Of a DNA stretch of 64,000 bases, positions 50,454 through 63,400 are shown piece by piece (position 1 is the stretch's first letter; every line of letters begins with the position of its first letter). The notes beneath the pieces were generated by a model, which saw only the letters and a list, made by a program, of their open reading frames with translations, was not told where the DNA came from and ran no database searches. The DNA lies in assembly GCA_036172245.1 (NCBI GenBank), contig JAYWIR010000001.1, forward strand, positions 6,696,001 through 6,760,000, given 5' to 3'. The translations under genes and the position numbers were made by a program. Origin of the DNA: Raillietiella orientalis (lineage: Eukaryota).

Positions 50454-52400
50454 GGAGGCCATGTAGTTACGGTGGTATCCGCGCGTGACACCATGCGTCG
50501 TGGGTTCCGAAATTCACCCCACAAGATGACGCTGGTTGCCCACATTCATCCGGGTGCGGCGCTGGTAGTGGTTGAAACCGGATGCCCCCGATGAGGGCCG
50601 GGACGAATGGGAGTCGACCTCCGGGTCCCTCCAGGAATCACGGAGTGGGAGCTCCCCTCCAGTTGTGAAGGAGAGGACCCCCATTACGGGGGGACCCTCC
50701 AAGTCTTACTGATGGAGTAGGTGTGTCGCCACCACCTCTCCAGAGAGTGCAGAGACGCGAGACGATCCCTTCGGAGAAGCTGCGTCCTTCTGAATTTCGG
50801 AAGCGTCGTCCCTGGGTTCTCTTCGGAGGAGTAAAAACAGGAGCGGATCCCTTGCGGGGGATCCCTCCGGAGAAGAAATTCCAGGAGCGGATCCTTTCCG
50901 GGTTCCCTTCAGAGAAGAAGGAAACCCGGAAAGGATCCGGAGAGAATAAGGAAGGAGGATTCCCTTCTGGATTCCCCTTCGGAGACAACCAGGGTGGAGG
51001 TGATCTCTATTTCCGGGATCCCTCCCTAGGCGTGAGAGGAACGGATTCCGAGTCCCTCCTGGATTCATAGGGCGTACCCCTCCTCCCGGGGGACCCCCTA
51101 TCTTGAAGAATCACCCACCCTCGAGTGGCGTGGAACCGTGTCGAAGAACTGCGAAAGACAAGTTTAGAGAAGTATCGTGGGCTGCGGATAGAAATGTTGC
51201 GGCCTGCAAGATGCTTTCCGCAGCTCTTGAAGACCCAGATTTCCCAATGGCCTCTCTAGAGGTAGAAAGACAAAATTCAAATCCTCTCTAGAGGATTTGA
51301 ATTTGGAGATTCTGTCTCCTGTCAAAAAAAAGCTGTGTTTACAAAGCAGAATGAAATGTGGATGCTGGGATGCGTTTGTCTTTTTGCGAAGCGTAGACTC
51401 TTCGGAAACGAAGGCTGTCGAACGGCATGAGGTCACGATCGTTTCGTCAGTAATTAACGAAATCATGGCCGAAACGCCATCCAAAGAAGAAGAAATGCTC
51501 AGATGCCGTGAAAGCACATCACAAAAACCTTTTGGAAGAATACAGTACGTTAATAAGAAGATACATTCCTGGGATGCAGTCTCCTGGAACCAATATTCCC
51601 TTCACAGAAGAGTGAAACGATAATTCAGTGAAGCAAGTTGCGAAAAAGATGCTCTTACATGAAAGCCGAACCAGAGTGCAGCAACCCAGTGAGCATCGCT
51701 CTTTGTCCTCGCTGTAGGAAGATGCGATGAGTGTATGAGAAGGAAAGTCGTTGGCGAGTCATTGGCAACGACTTGATTTGGGACATTCCAGAGTTTCTTT
51801 ACGGTTCTTTTTTTGGGAAACAGGTAGCACTGCAGTTGCAAGCGCGTAGACAGCGATGCCATCCAGGAATTTAGTAGGCATTGGATGAGGCGAAGATTCT
51901 CGATAAGAAACTTCGTCGGTCGGAAGACCCCCGATGTCAAAAGGCTTCCAGGTATGAAGATGACCACGCATTAGAACGCGACTGCGTTGTAGAGCAGAGA
52001 TTGGAAGCATCTTCAGGGCATTCCTTTGTACTCGGCTCCGATTCGTGTTCAAAAAGTTTTGCGACAAGGAACACGAATCACTATACACTGAAAGAGCGGA
52101 AGAAGAGAACTTTCTCAGAAAGTCGGGGCGCTGAAACGCCATTTGTCGCTCTGGCAACAAACATCAAAAGAAGGGGCCAAGCGAAGGGTTTGGATGCGGT
52201 TACCAAAGGAAAGCACTCGATCGGAGTATTTTCATAGCGTGGAAAAAACTTGCGGATGGGGCGTTCCGGACTTCTAATCTGAAGCCTGGAACGCGGTTTC
52301 AATCTGAAGGACTCCCGCATATCCGTTGTCCTCAGCGGAGCTCGCGACCATTACGAGAACGCGAAGGGTTCCGCGTCCTCCTTGTCCCCGGCTGTCATTG
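50454..52400 (+). mobile_element. LINE-like 5' end with tRNA-derived head, GC-rich leader and ORF1 (RRM-like plus knuckle remnants)
   Basis: GGAGGCCATGTAGTTACGGTGG...GTGGGTTCCGAA...AAGATGACGCTGGTTG. Aligns with the 29.6-30.3 and 16.1-16.3 kb copies. Then VTIV..KPFGRIQYV, LCPRCRKM (~51700) and further C/H remnants. Confidence 0.7.
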
Positions 52401-53049
52401 CTCCTGCTGTTATTGGAGCTCGCACTACCTCTTCACGGGCGCGTTTAGCGTGTACATGGGAAAAAGCTTCGCTGCCTTTATTTATTTCATGGACGTCTTC
52501 CTTTTTCCGTACGGAAACGATCGCCACGAGAAGAATCTAGTTTTTTTTTAGCACGAAGTTTTTAGCAGCCGCATGTGAAAGAACAGATCCGTCATTATCT
52601 TTCTCATCGGCATCTGCTCCGTTGTCATTCAGATCTCTCGTCGTTTCAGTGCACGGTGAACAGCTTTGCATGGACAAGTGTCTCCACATCCATTTTTTGC
52701 AATTAACGTTAATTCCTTCCACGCTCAATGGAACATTCGCCGCATCTCCTAGGTTACTGTGGATAGATGAATGCAGTACCCCCATAATCTACTGCAAATA
52801 AGTGACCTGCATCGAAACCCAGTGTCGTTCTGTTTTGTTTCCTCACCTTCCGCGCTCATCTCTGTCTGTTTCTTCTAATCTCTTTGCTGTCTTGTCGAAT
52901 ATGCTTCCCTTTTCGACTGACCCCAATATTCCCTTCCGCTTCTCATCCGTCATTGCATCGCGCTTCTGGCTCTGAGTAGTAATATTTTCAATGATTACAT
53001 ATCGCAGCCAAAAAAAAAAAAAAAAACTGGATTCCACGTGAATTCGCGA

Positions 53050-53650
53050 TTTGGATCGGGGATGCTGTACGACCGGCTGAATGTTTTGAACCGTGCGGTG
53101 CCCGAAGACGATCGAACGACGTCACGTGGTGTTCCGTGATGACGCCACTCGCGAGATGAAACCATGGTTGCATGTTTTCCACAGGAATCAATTTCGCCTT
53201 GCGGCAGATCCGTACGGAAAACGTGTGCGGGGCTCGGTAGGCGAGTAGGTGGCACTTGACTGTTCCTTCTTCTCTTTTCATAACGACGTTCGAGCGACTT
53301 CGAAAGACTCTTCAAGTATAGCCCGAGCAGCGATGAGCCGTATGTCTCATTACGATGGGAACCTCACTGTGGCAAATGACGCCAGCGAGAGCAGAATTCG
53401 GTTTCCCACTTTAGCGTGCGTGCTAAGCACAGAGTGCAAAAAGCAAAAAGGAAAAGAATACGAGCACGAAGCCTGTTCGGGCGAGTGTCGAAGACAACGG
53501 CGCAACCCGCGACCACCGAATTCTCAGCGGCACCGGGAGCTTCCGGTCCGTGGAACGTACGCAGGTTGCCCTCTCGAACGGTTTGCTTGTGAAAGTTCCC
53601 GTCAAAAATTGACCGAAAATTCCAGCAATCAAATGAGCACAGAACGTCTC
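53050..53650 (+). mobile_element. Eroded copy of the same head plus ORF1 start
   Basis: cggtgcc...gtggtgttccg...cgcgagatga...tggttg (53096-53170) follows the head consensus. TSKDSSSIARAA..IRFP resembles the ORF1 start of the other copies. Confidence 0.45.
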
Positions 53651-53736
53651 CACCCTATTGCAAACATCACAAATGTTCTTTTGCTGTCGATAGTGTTTCC
53701 CCTTTCCCACACACACACACACAGGGTCACACCGGA

Positions 53737-53945
53737 ACTGTCACATTTTCTTACACATCCCTGGAATCGAGTTTGGGAAATGAAGTGTTGACTTGGGTCA
53801 CGGTTGCAATTAACAACGGCAAAACTCAACGAGAAAAACTGTATAAGACAACCTGTGTAGCATAAGTTCTGCTGTTCTCAATTAGAACCGTGACCTAGGT
53901 CAGCAACACTTCATTTTCCTAGTTTGATTCCAGGGATGTGACAGT
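53737..53945. repeat. Foldback inverted repeat (MITE-like), arms ~75 bp, loop ~34 bp
   Basis: Left arm 53754-53828 (cacatccctggaatcgagtttgggaaatgaagtgttg...) is the imperfect reverse complement of right arm 53863-53940 (...caacacttcattttcctagtttgattccagggatgtg). Outer actgtcacat/atgtgacagt also pair. Confidence 0.92.
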
Positions 53946-54199
53946 GAGCATACTGAGAGGAATGGATCTGCTGGACTCCGAATTGATCTGGAGCAAGATC
54001 TTGGCAGTGCCCTTTCTGCGAGTACCTGTCGCAAAGGGATTCTTGAAAGCTGGTTGGTTAATGAATAAAAAGACATGGTAGGGGTTTTCTTTCTTTCTTT
54101 TCTCTTCTGGATTTCTGATTCAATGCATTTGTTGGTTGTACAACCTCGTACAACTGACAGTTCGCCGGGTTGGGACGCCAGAGATCGGCTTAGTAGCTC

Positions 54200-56500
54200 G
54201 CCAGCTAGATATCAGTGGTGCTAATGTTTACTGATTCATTGAATCGTTAACGATTAAAATTAGCTGATAAAAGCATCACTCTGAGGACTATGGGATGGTG
54301 GATGCTTATCCAGCCTTACTCAGTAACGATCCTGTTTGGTAATGGCAACTTTGTCAATGTACCAGGAAAGTACATTGACAAAGTTGAGAACATCGAAAGT
54401 GAAGAACATTGTAATGAGATGCTTGATAAAGCATCACATCATGTTGGGAAGATTTATTCGGTTCGTGCTTTCCCGGACGGTCTTGGCATGTTGATTGGAG
54501 TGAGATGTTTCTAATGGCAATGGAAAAAACACGATGGTGCTGGATTTCGGCACCTCTTGCGAGATTCCCATCTGTGTTCTGTCCACAAACGCATGCAAAT
54601 ACCTTCGGGACCAGTAACGGCGTAGAAAATCCAGTGTCGTTTCGAGAATGCTCTTCCAGGCAACGTCTTCCTAATTTTGAGTCCTCGGTTGTTTTGTCGT
54701 GGTATTTCGCAAGTTCGACCACACCTTCCTTGCGCCAGATCGAGTTTTCGGTGGACATACGGAACAGTCGCTCAACCAAGTCACTCCCAGAAGCATTCCA
54801 GAATAGTCGTTCAGTCCTTTTTAGGGAGATGAAATGCAAAATAAGGTCGTTGTAATCGTGACCGATTCTGTCGTCTCCTGAAATTTTCTCGGGGTGGGAG
54901 ACCTGCAGAAAGTGGTAGCAACCCGTCAGGTACTAATTTCAACGTACAGTTTTGCCTTACGATTCATGACGGCTCTGCTGACGGATCGTCGCTTGTACAA
55001 ATCATTTCTCATCCTCCTGGCCATTAATAAGAACATTACTTGGAATGCATCTGTAGGAACTTTTTCTCAAAAAAAAGCAACGAAGGTCAGCTTCCACTGC
55101 TTTCGACTTTCAGTTCCTCCCGAGAACAGTAATCGATGCAGTTAATCATTATGAAGCATTAATCAGACTAAATGAAAGCTAATGGAACATCATAATTTGT
55201 ATGCCTGGAAAAGCATTATCTTTAACTATTGTCTTCAGACCTAGGGTTACGAGCCATCCTTTAAACCAAAACTCCCAGAAACGCAGGAGTTTTGAATCAG
55301 GGCAAGGCGATCGTGAATGCAAAGGTTGCATTGAAATGAATACGTAATGACGACTCGGATGTTGTGAAGCTGCCTGAAATTACACGCTGCCAATGCAAGC
55401 ATTTCATGTATGTCAACTGCTATCGATTTACACCTCGTCGAAGATCGAATTCAGACAAGAGAGGACACTTCCTGATGGCTTCCCTTGAGGTGGATCTCCT
55501 GATGGACCACAGCTGGATGATTGTCATTCGGTTGCTCTGTTTTTAGAGACGTGGTTTCAGCGTTGTCAGTAGCAGCTGGGAGAGACTTTGTCTGCGCCTG
55601 CTGATGATTGCGTGAAGGCAGCATATTTCCAAGGCACCAGCAAATCCATTACGAATGATCTGCGCTCCGGTCTATTCGTCAAGAATCAAACTCTTCTCTT
55701 TGATGAATTTTGGATCGCTCTCTTTTGCAAAATCATGGAAGATGAGCAGCAGTCTCGTTTCTACGAGACTGCGGCTCTTCTCCTTCAATTTCATAAACGA
55801 AGAGATCGTTACGGATTGACTTCCGACCTCACAGAACGTGAAATATGCCAAGGTTTCAGATGATTTCTGACGACAAAGATTCCTTCTTTTTTGAACCGCA
55901 TCTCGAATCCGTTTCTAGGTTGTATTTGAAGTCAGTCGTGCCGTGTGGGCATTCTGGAAGGTCTCACGATCTCACCGCTTTTCGCAGGCTGTTTCTCGTC
56001 CGGGAGTAGTCCGAAAGGCAGGTCCACCTGCTCAACGTCCACCATATCTGCAGGGTTTCAGAAACCTTTCCGTTCGACTGTCTACGGATCGGGAAATTCT
56101 GTGCGCTCGGAAGGCCTCTTCCTCGAAGACAGGAGATTGTGATTCTCAGATTTGCTGCCGTTTCACGTTTCGTGATGCAGAATGCCCCGGTGAGAAGCTG
56201 GTGAACGCCTCATTTGCATCTTTCACCTCGAGCATCCTTCTGTTTGGTGCTCCCGAACGGGAGATTCCGAGCATCTTGGTGAAATCGCCGCGCCGGAACG
56301 AGATGGGAATTTGCATGGCCGATGAGCATTGTGCCGAGCAGTGGTGACGACTGCGCGTGCAATAAATAAGTCGTGGAAACGTATACAGAAAAGATGACGA
56401 AAGTTCAACGAGAGCAGGAATCGAATCGGGTGCCCCCCCCCCTTCCCTGCTTTCCCTGTACCCTGCTTTCCGAAACATTCGTGATTTTTGTTGGTAGCCT
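54200..56500 (-). mobile_element. Degenerate, AT-richer LINE ORF2 (RT)
   Basis: In order: EVKDA..FSPG (~56190), LLIFHDFAKESD (~55730), KGSHQ/SVLSCL with a 1-nt frameshift (~55475), RLFW..LVER (~54790). Confidence 0.5.
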
Positions 56501-57218
56501 TCCTGCGGCTCCCGTTATCATACCGACGTTGCGATTGCGTAAGTACAGAGGTCCGTGAACGTGGGTTTGACAGAAATCCCTCAGGGATCAGTGTCGCAGG
56601 CATGGGGTGATTGATGAGGGGAAGCACTTCTTATGGATAAATTACTATTCGAGTGAAAATGCCCCAACTTTTTGCTTCCTGCTTCTCTCGACTGGGAATC
56701 AGGAGCTTGGCGTTTTTCTGCAGGTTTTCCGGTTTCACTTTCGCCGGTGTGTTGAACTCGGGCTGCTCACAGGCTGCACGCTCATCAGACGTGCAAACGA
56801 GTGAGCACGGCCTGCAGACGCGGAAGTGCTTAGCAGCAGCAGAAGCAGCGATGGACCTGGCTCGTAATGATGTGATGATGCTCACTAGGGTGTGCTTCGA
56901 AAGGAGCCGGAATAGGGAAGGGGGAGATGAAGGCGTAGGAGGAACTCCGTCCCTTCCCCTTAAAAAAGAAAAAAAAAAGAGAGAGAGAGAGAGAATTAGG
57001 AGGATAGGAATTAAAGCGATCCAGAAATCGAATTACTCTGAATCTGAACTCGGTGCTGCCGACAGGTCACGTGGTAGGAGGGCGTCCTCCTGACGCGCGC
57101 CGACGGAAAGATTTTCAAGCAATTGAACAGCACAAGAGCAGAAAGCGAGGGTCGCTCATTTCCACATAAAAATGATGTCTTCGGATTTCAGGATTGATGA
57201 ATTTTATCCGGGGAGGTG

Positions 57219-57243
57219 AGAAGAAGAAGAAGAAGAAGAAGAA
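57219..57243 (+). repeat. (GAA)n microsatellite
   Basis: Directly visible. Confidence 0.95.
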
Positions 57244-57339
57244 AAAAGGAAGAAAGGAAAAATAGGTTTACAGGAAATTAATGTTTGCTTTCCGGATAAT
57301 GCAGATCTGTTTCTAAGCTCAGTAGCTTTATCCATAATT

Positions 57340-60300
57340 AATCATTGATGGATCATGAAGAGCATCTTTTTCACTGTTGTCTCTTGCAAGAGACTCCTTT
57401 TTCGTTTGGCCTGGAGAGAAATTCTCCGATGAGTAGCAGGCTGATTCCTGCATCCCGGTTCCCAACCGAAAGTGCTGGTTCTCGGATTCCCGGTCGGGGA
57501 TCGGGGGACTCGTACTTTCGTTTCAGTGGATTTTCCGAAGCTCCAGAGCTCCTCCTGCAGTCAGCTCCTGTGGAAACCGAGATGCAAGAACCGGTTTGCT
57601 GCTCATCAGAGAATTCCGCTCCCTGCAAAACAAAAAGGGAATCTTGTGGGAGGCAGACACACTCTCTGCACGACACAAAGGAATCCCAAGAAAGCTTAAG
57701 AACTTGCTTCCGCCTCTCCGAAGCTGCGAGTCTCCAAGAGGATCGAAAAGAGTGAAAAGAAAAGAAAAGAGATCCGTGGGGTCCTCTAGCGTCCTCGGAT
57801 GCAGGTGATATTGGAAAGGTCAGGTCTCAGGATAGAAAAGGAACCGGGATCCAGATGGAAAGCTGGGCAGACTGCCAGCGAAGTCGATGAGCTATGGAAA
57901 GAGAGTCAGGCAGGGTGGGGGTGGAGAGAGTTACCAATTTCGACGGATCTGCAACAGTGCGTTTCGAAGTGGTTCGACTCTCAAGGCTTGCAGAGAAAAT
58001 GAATCTTCCCCGCAGTCTGTTGGAACGTTACAGCGGCCGCTCTCTCGCCTTAAGGAAGAAGACCTCCATGGATTCGGAGCTGACGCGACTTCTCCTCAGG
58101 GGCGCAAAGGGCAGAGTTAAGATCCGTGGATTTCTCTACCATCCGAGCAGCTCGCTGCTGGGTGATAGGAAACTCGGGGAATCGGGGGGAAGAAATCAAG
58201 AGAATCTCCGTTTGTCTGCGTGGCCGGCGGTGCTCGACACGGGAGCTGCCCGCGCAGGCGCGTTTTCAAGCAAGGTCACAAAGCAAGCGCTTGGACGGTC
58301 AGATCGAGCACTGGGAACTGGAGGAGAAATCCACTTACTCGCAGCCTCCTGACCAGGTCCACGATCACTGCCACGGGGCAGTGACTAGCCAGTCTTATCT
58401 CGGTCATCGGAGCATTTTCGAGCGCACGAATGCTCGGAAGACTGGAAAAAGAAATGACTGCTCCCTGAGTGCGCGGAGGAGCTTTTTTGAAGAGCCGACC
58501 TCATCTTCAAGCTGCCGATCGAGAAACAGGAGAGTAAATCATCTCATCATAAAGAATTCCTTCTCAGGAACGATAAGAAAGGGAGGAATCGAGAAAAGTG
58601 CGGCAATGAGTGGGTTAGGTCATCCATGAAAGACTCTCGTTCTCGCAGCCCTTGCAAACCAGATCACAGCAATGCTTGCATACTCATAATAATTATAATA
58701 ATTACAAGAAATGGTTCCCATTCTTACTACTATCTGAGAACATAGACTGGAAAGGGATCCACGTGGCTACGCTCATTTGGTCCCCCTGGGATGCCCACAG
58801 CCTCCTTGTGCCAATGGTTAGAAAAGCTTTCCTCTTCGGATCAATGGAAGATCTGATTTGAATGCGCAGAAGTTTCTATGGAAGTCACGGAGGTGAACCT
58901 CAGTTTCACAATTAAAGTGTTCTGGAGTGCACAGCTGCGTCAACCCATGCTGACCCATGATTCCAGAGGGGGAGGGAAATGACCAGAAAGTGATTACGAG
59001 GGCCGCGAATTTAAGGGCGTGTTGTGATCACCGATGGTGAAAACTTTCCACGGCTTCCCGGATGCAAAAGATTGCAGGAACAATTCGCTTGGTCAGGACG
59101 CGCGGGAGCTACTGCGTCTTGGAAAATTCTTCAGGGCGCTTCGATCGATATTTCTATTTCGTCCTAAAAAAGCGATCTCAATTACTTGATTCAAATGCTG
59201 CTTGTGGAGCATAATCAGTCAACGTTCCCACTGGATGCTTTTTGTCTCTCGAAAACATCTCGAGATGTGAACATGTTCACATGTTTAGAGCATCTCTAGG
59301 TTGAATTTTCTTCAACGATGAAGAGAACGCAAAAGAAAAAGAAAATCCCTACGACTTCTCAGGCCCAAGTATCAGAAAAATGAAGACGCTAAAGTAGCAG
59401 AAGATGCTATGGTGATGACATCAGGAATCGAAATGACGACGGAAGCCAAGCAGAAATTCCCGGCTCTCTTGCATTAAAAAAAAAAGGGTTTTTTTTCATC
59501 ATTTATCTTGCTGCTGTAAAAGTTAACCATTCCAGAAAGCTTCCCGAGGAAATGGTGAAGACCTTGCATAGTAATTATCTTACTGGGTGATGATAAAGAT
59601 ACAGATGATACGTTTTCATCCTCCGTTGGAAACATGGCGCATCCTTCTTCCTCCTCAAGTGAAAAATCTCTCTAAATTCTCAGTTCAATTTACCTTACCT
59701 GAGCTGCGATTCCAGTAATGAAATCTGAAAGATGACATTCGGAGAAGGATTCCTTCTTGAGCGCGTAGAGAATGGATGCAAAACCTCTTGTGAAAATGTC
59801 CAGAATCAGCAATCTTCCTAGTTCCCATGACGATTGCGGATCACAAGGGTCTTCCGAAATCTGCAGGACGAGGAAGCGCTCCACGAAGAAGCACTTCCCA
59901 TCCTCGCGCTGCGGAAAAGGAAGGATGAGCGGTCCCCTCACCAGCTTATGGTCCCCTCTCACCTCAGGTTACCCACCATTCGGATTTGAGGAAGGTTCTT
60001 GCGCTCGGTGAGGGTGCGGAGGGACTTCGGTTCAGCAGCGTTTCGAGTTCCCCGTCCTGAACGACCGCCACTCGTGCTGGCGTTCATCAGCATCGTTGAC
60101 TGACGTGAAGAATGGACTCTTCCATCTCGAAATGAACCACTTACTTTCGCAGGAAGCAGGGAGGTCACCTCAAGACATGCGAGGTGTACGGGTTGAGATC
60201 TAAAAAAACTGCCGTGAATGTGGTCAGTCTTCGAGCAGCAGAGGTGGACTACGATGCACACCGAATCCTCACAGATGCACACATCGCATCGCGCACAGAT

Positions 60301-63300
60301 CTTATCTTGGGGTCCATACCGGAGACCTCAGTGCTCCTTCCTCTCGAGGAAGGAGTACTGTGGTCATAGAATGAGCACAAGGAGCAAACAGAGGATCGGC
60401 AAGTTCTGCCTTAGAATCAGGTAGAGAACCGGTAGATGGCACACCACGAAATCCTTGCCCTCGGTGTTGACTTCGGTGCTCGCTGTCAGTCGACCTAGGA
60501 GTGCCACGAGCCAAGTGTGGTGTGTTTTACGAGTGGTCCGGTTCCTCAGCTTAGACAACTCGTTGCGAAAGTGCCCGTTTGGAACTTCTAGCGAGTAGCG
60601 GGATGCATTCCTTCTGCCTGGGCGTTTCCTTTTCTGTTTGATTGATGGACAACTCGTTATCGCAGGGAAACTGGAACTCTGCCTACGAGGCTTGCTGATT
60701 GCTTGGGATGGGACCTCGAGCCGAAACCAAGAAAAGTGGTGAGATCACAGTTTTACTCGACTCCGATTCTTACGTCATTGGAGTTGAGGATATGATGAGG
60801 TGTTAGGTGTTGAGAGCAGTGAGCTCGGGGGAATCCGAAGGCCGAGAGATGATCGAATTGGATGGACAACTCGAGGATTGGTGTGTAATGGATTTTATTT
60901 CTCATCTATATGCGGTGTGGTCGAGGTGAGCCTTCGTTGGCTCGAACTTCTCATTGCAGAAGAGCGATGGTGCCTAAAGTTTGGAACGGCGACTTTCCAT
61001 GTTTATGGGAAACCTGACTTTGGCTCAGGAAAAACCATCCACCTCAGGGTGGTTGCTTTTCCCTGGGATTTTCAGGAGCATTCCTTTTCTTTAGGCGTCC
61101 AGTGCGGTTCGTGTCCTCCAAGTTCACTTTGCCTTCTTGCCCACTTGAGTGTCTTTCGGGTCCAAGGTTTTTCGGGTCTCCTCTATGCTTATCAAAGAAG
61201 ACAGTCTTGTCTGAGACGATCAGTGACTTTGGTCGCCAGCCAGGAAGGACGCACTCACCTCACAATCCACTCCTTGAAGTTTTTGAATGACGCTGCATGC
61301 CAGGATGTGAAGATTCGAAGTCTGGTGGCGATCGGGTGGCAACCTCGATCCCATCCTAAGCTCCCTGAGTCCTGGATCGTTTCCTTCTTCACGTTGAGGA
61401 ATAGAACGGAGGGCTCCTAGAAGCCCCCACCTATGGGGCAGGAGAAAGGAAGTCTCGAAAAGACAAAGGCAGCAAGGAGCTTCCTCGTCTCACTCACCGG
61501 ACTACGCGGTCCTCAGGAAAGATTGCCTTTTCCAGAGAGTAGCAAAGTACCAGCTAGTTGGATCGATTTTTCCGATTTTCAGCCTGCACAGCCTTCTGGA
61601 AGCAAAGCCCAGCGCATTGGTCCCGTCGGCAGGGATGCTTTCGGTGGAGCCTACTAATCAGCTTTCAGCAACGGTTTCTTTGAGCTAAAATTTATATTGG
61701 AGGGGAGACTTCTCCTGGCTCCTGTAGTTTCCAATATACCATGTCTGCGTTTCCAGTCTCCGAGAAAGAACCTTCTTCGGACTTTCGGATCGCACTTTTC
61801 CACAAATAGCCCACTGCTGATTTATCGTTCCTGAAAGAGCGGGCATAAAAAGAATTCCTGCACCCAGCACCTCCTTCCTTTTCAAGAAGCTTCTTTATGC
61901 CTTAAACGAGTACTTCGTCAGCTCCTGCGTCTCGAACCTCTGACGAAGGAAAAGTTTAGTCTTTCCAGGAGCCCCATTCTTGCCGCTTGCAAAAGAGAGA
62001 TGCCATCATTTCGGGGAATTGCAACAAAAACTCGATAAGTTTCGAAATTGGGGAGGTTCCCGGCCCGCCTCCTCTGAACGGGAATTCTTCCGAAGCGGCG
62101 AATTACGTAATGAGGAAGTTGGTCCTGGCGGAAACTTCCGCTCCGGGTGGGGAAGGCTAATTCAAGGGGTGAGCGCCGTCCTTGCCTGCTATCGAGAACG
62201 AGATCAGAGCGGAGTAATTGCTGGAAACATTCCTCCACAGAGAAGCTCGTAGGAGTGCATCCTTGAAGATTAGCGTCCCTGATTTGTCACCAAAGAGGTG
62301 AGCTAAACCAGTGGCTGCTGAGCCAGAGCAAGCCAGGAGGAATGCAAATGAGAGGGAGTCTCGTTCTTCCGTGGAAAAATGGCAAGCATGAATCTACGTT
62401 ATCCACTAGGCTGCCCACCCCTCCTCTCTCCCCCCCTGTCTTCTCTGATTGTGTTGCTTCTTCTGCATGCACTCTGTGAAGAAATCGGTCCAGTCCGGTC
62501 ATCCGATTACTGAGGAGTCTTCGTTCGCTACGCTCTTCTCGCTATAGAAAATCCTCTTCTGTATGGAATCCTCACTGTTGCCAGCGACGTGTGGAACGCC
62601 CGCAATTTTTCATGCGAGCTCTTGCGCACGTTTCATGGACAAATGGACCCGGAAAGGGGATGGTGAGGTACTTGGAGTCTGTCGAAGAGTGCGGAGGGCC
62701 AAATGGACAGGTGTCTCTCGGGGAACTCATGTGAAAAGAGTGGCAGTGACCACCACTTGATGGTGGCTGCAGAGGACTTGGGCGATCCTCCCTGCTCCCA
62801 AGCACGAGCCACCGCCATCTCCGGATCCGCATCGACACGTATGGCTGAAAGCAGGAGGTTCGTCGGAAGGAATGGGCATCACTCGGGACGCTCAGTATTT
62901 GGGAATCGCTTGGTGTGGCACGGCACCGGTTCACCGTTCGGCATTCTCGTGGTCCATCACTTTTCCTGGCAGCAGTCCGCGCTGAATTTCTCCCTGATGT
63001 CTGAGGCGTACAGACGAGCGGCATTCCTTCGTGGCTCGCCCTCGATCGGCATCTCCTTGCTCGCTCTTCCGAACCGAGTTCCACTGTCCTTGAAAAGAGC
63101 CTCGCCTCCATCGCATGGCTTCCCTTTCTTCCGTGCTCTTCCCTCGATATCTGGCGGAAACTCGTTCCCAGGGGGGCCTTCGAAATCCTTCCAACACTTT
63201 GCGCTCCGTCACCACGGAAACTGACCACGCGGGAAACTGACAAGTCCTGTGTGTGTCGAAGAATAGCTCTTTCGCCGTGCGAGCTTGGAATGTTGTTTCT

Positions 63301-63400
63301 TCCGACTGAACGCTGGCGTGGGCAAGCTGAGGTGGCTTTCCATGCTTCCTGCGTTCTCGGTGAGCGTGGATCCTGTGCTGCCATCTCAACGCATGCATTT
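57340..63400 (+). mobile_element. Near-full-length degenerate LINE in sense orientation within the eag intron
   Basis: RESCGRQTHSLHD knuckle remnant (~57636), SGRFDRYFY (~59131, endonuclease SRxDR-like), PVDG (~60430), GNWN (~60666), LGVQCGSCPPSS (~61091), LVSLTG (~61484), all in canonical order. Confidence 0.5.
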
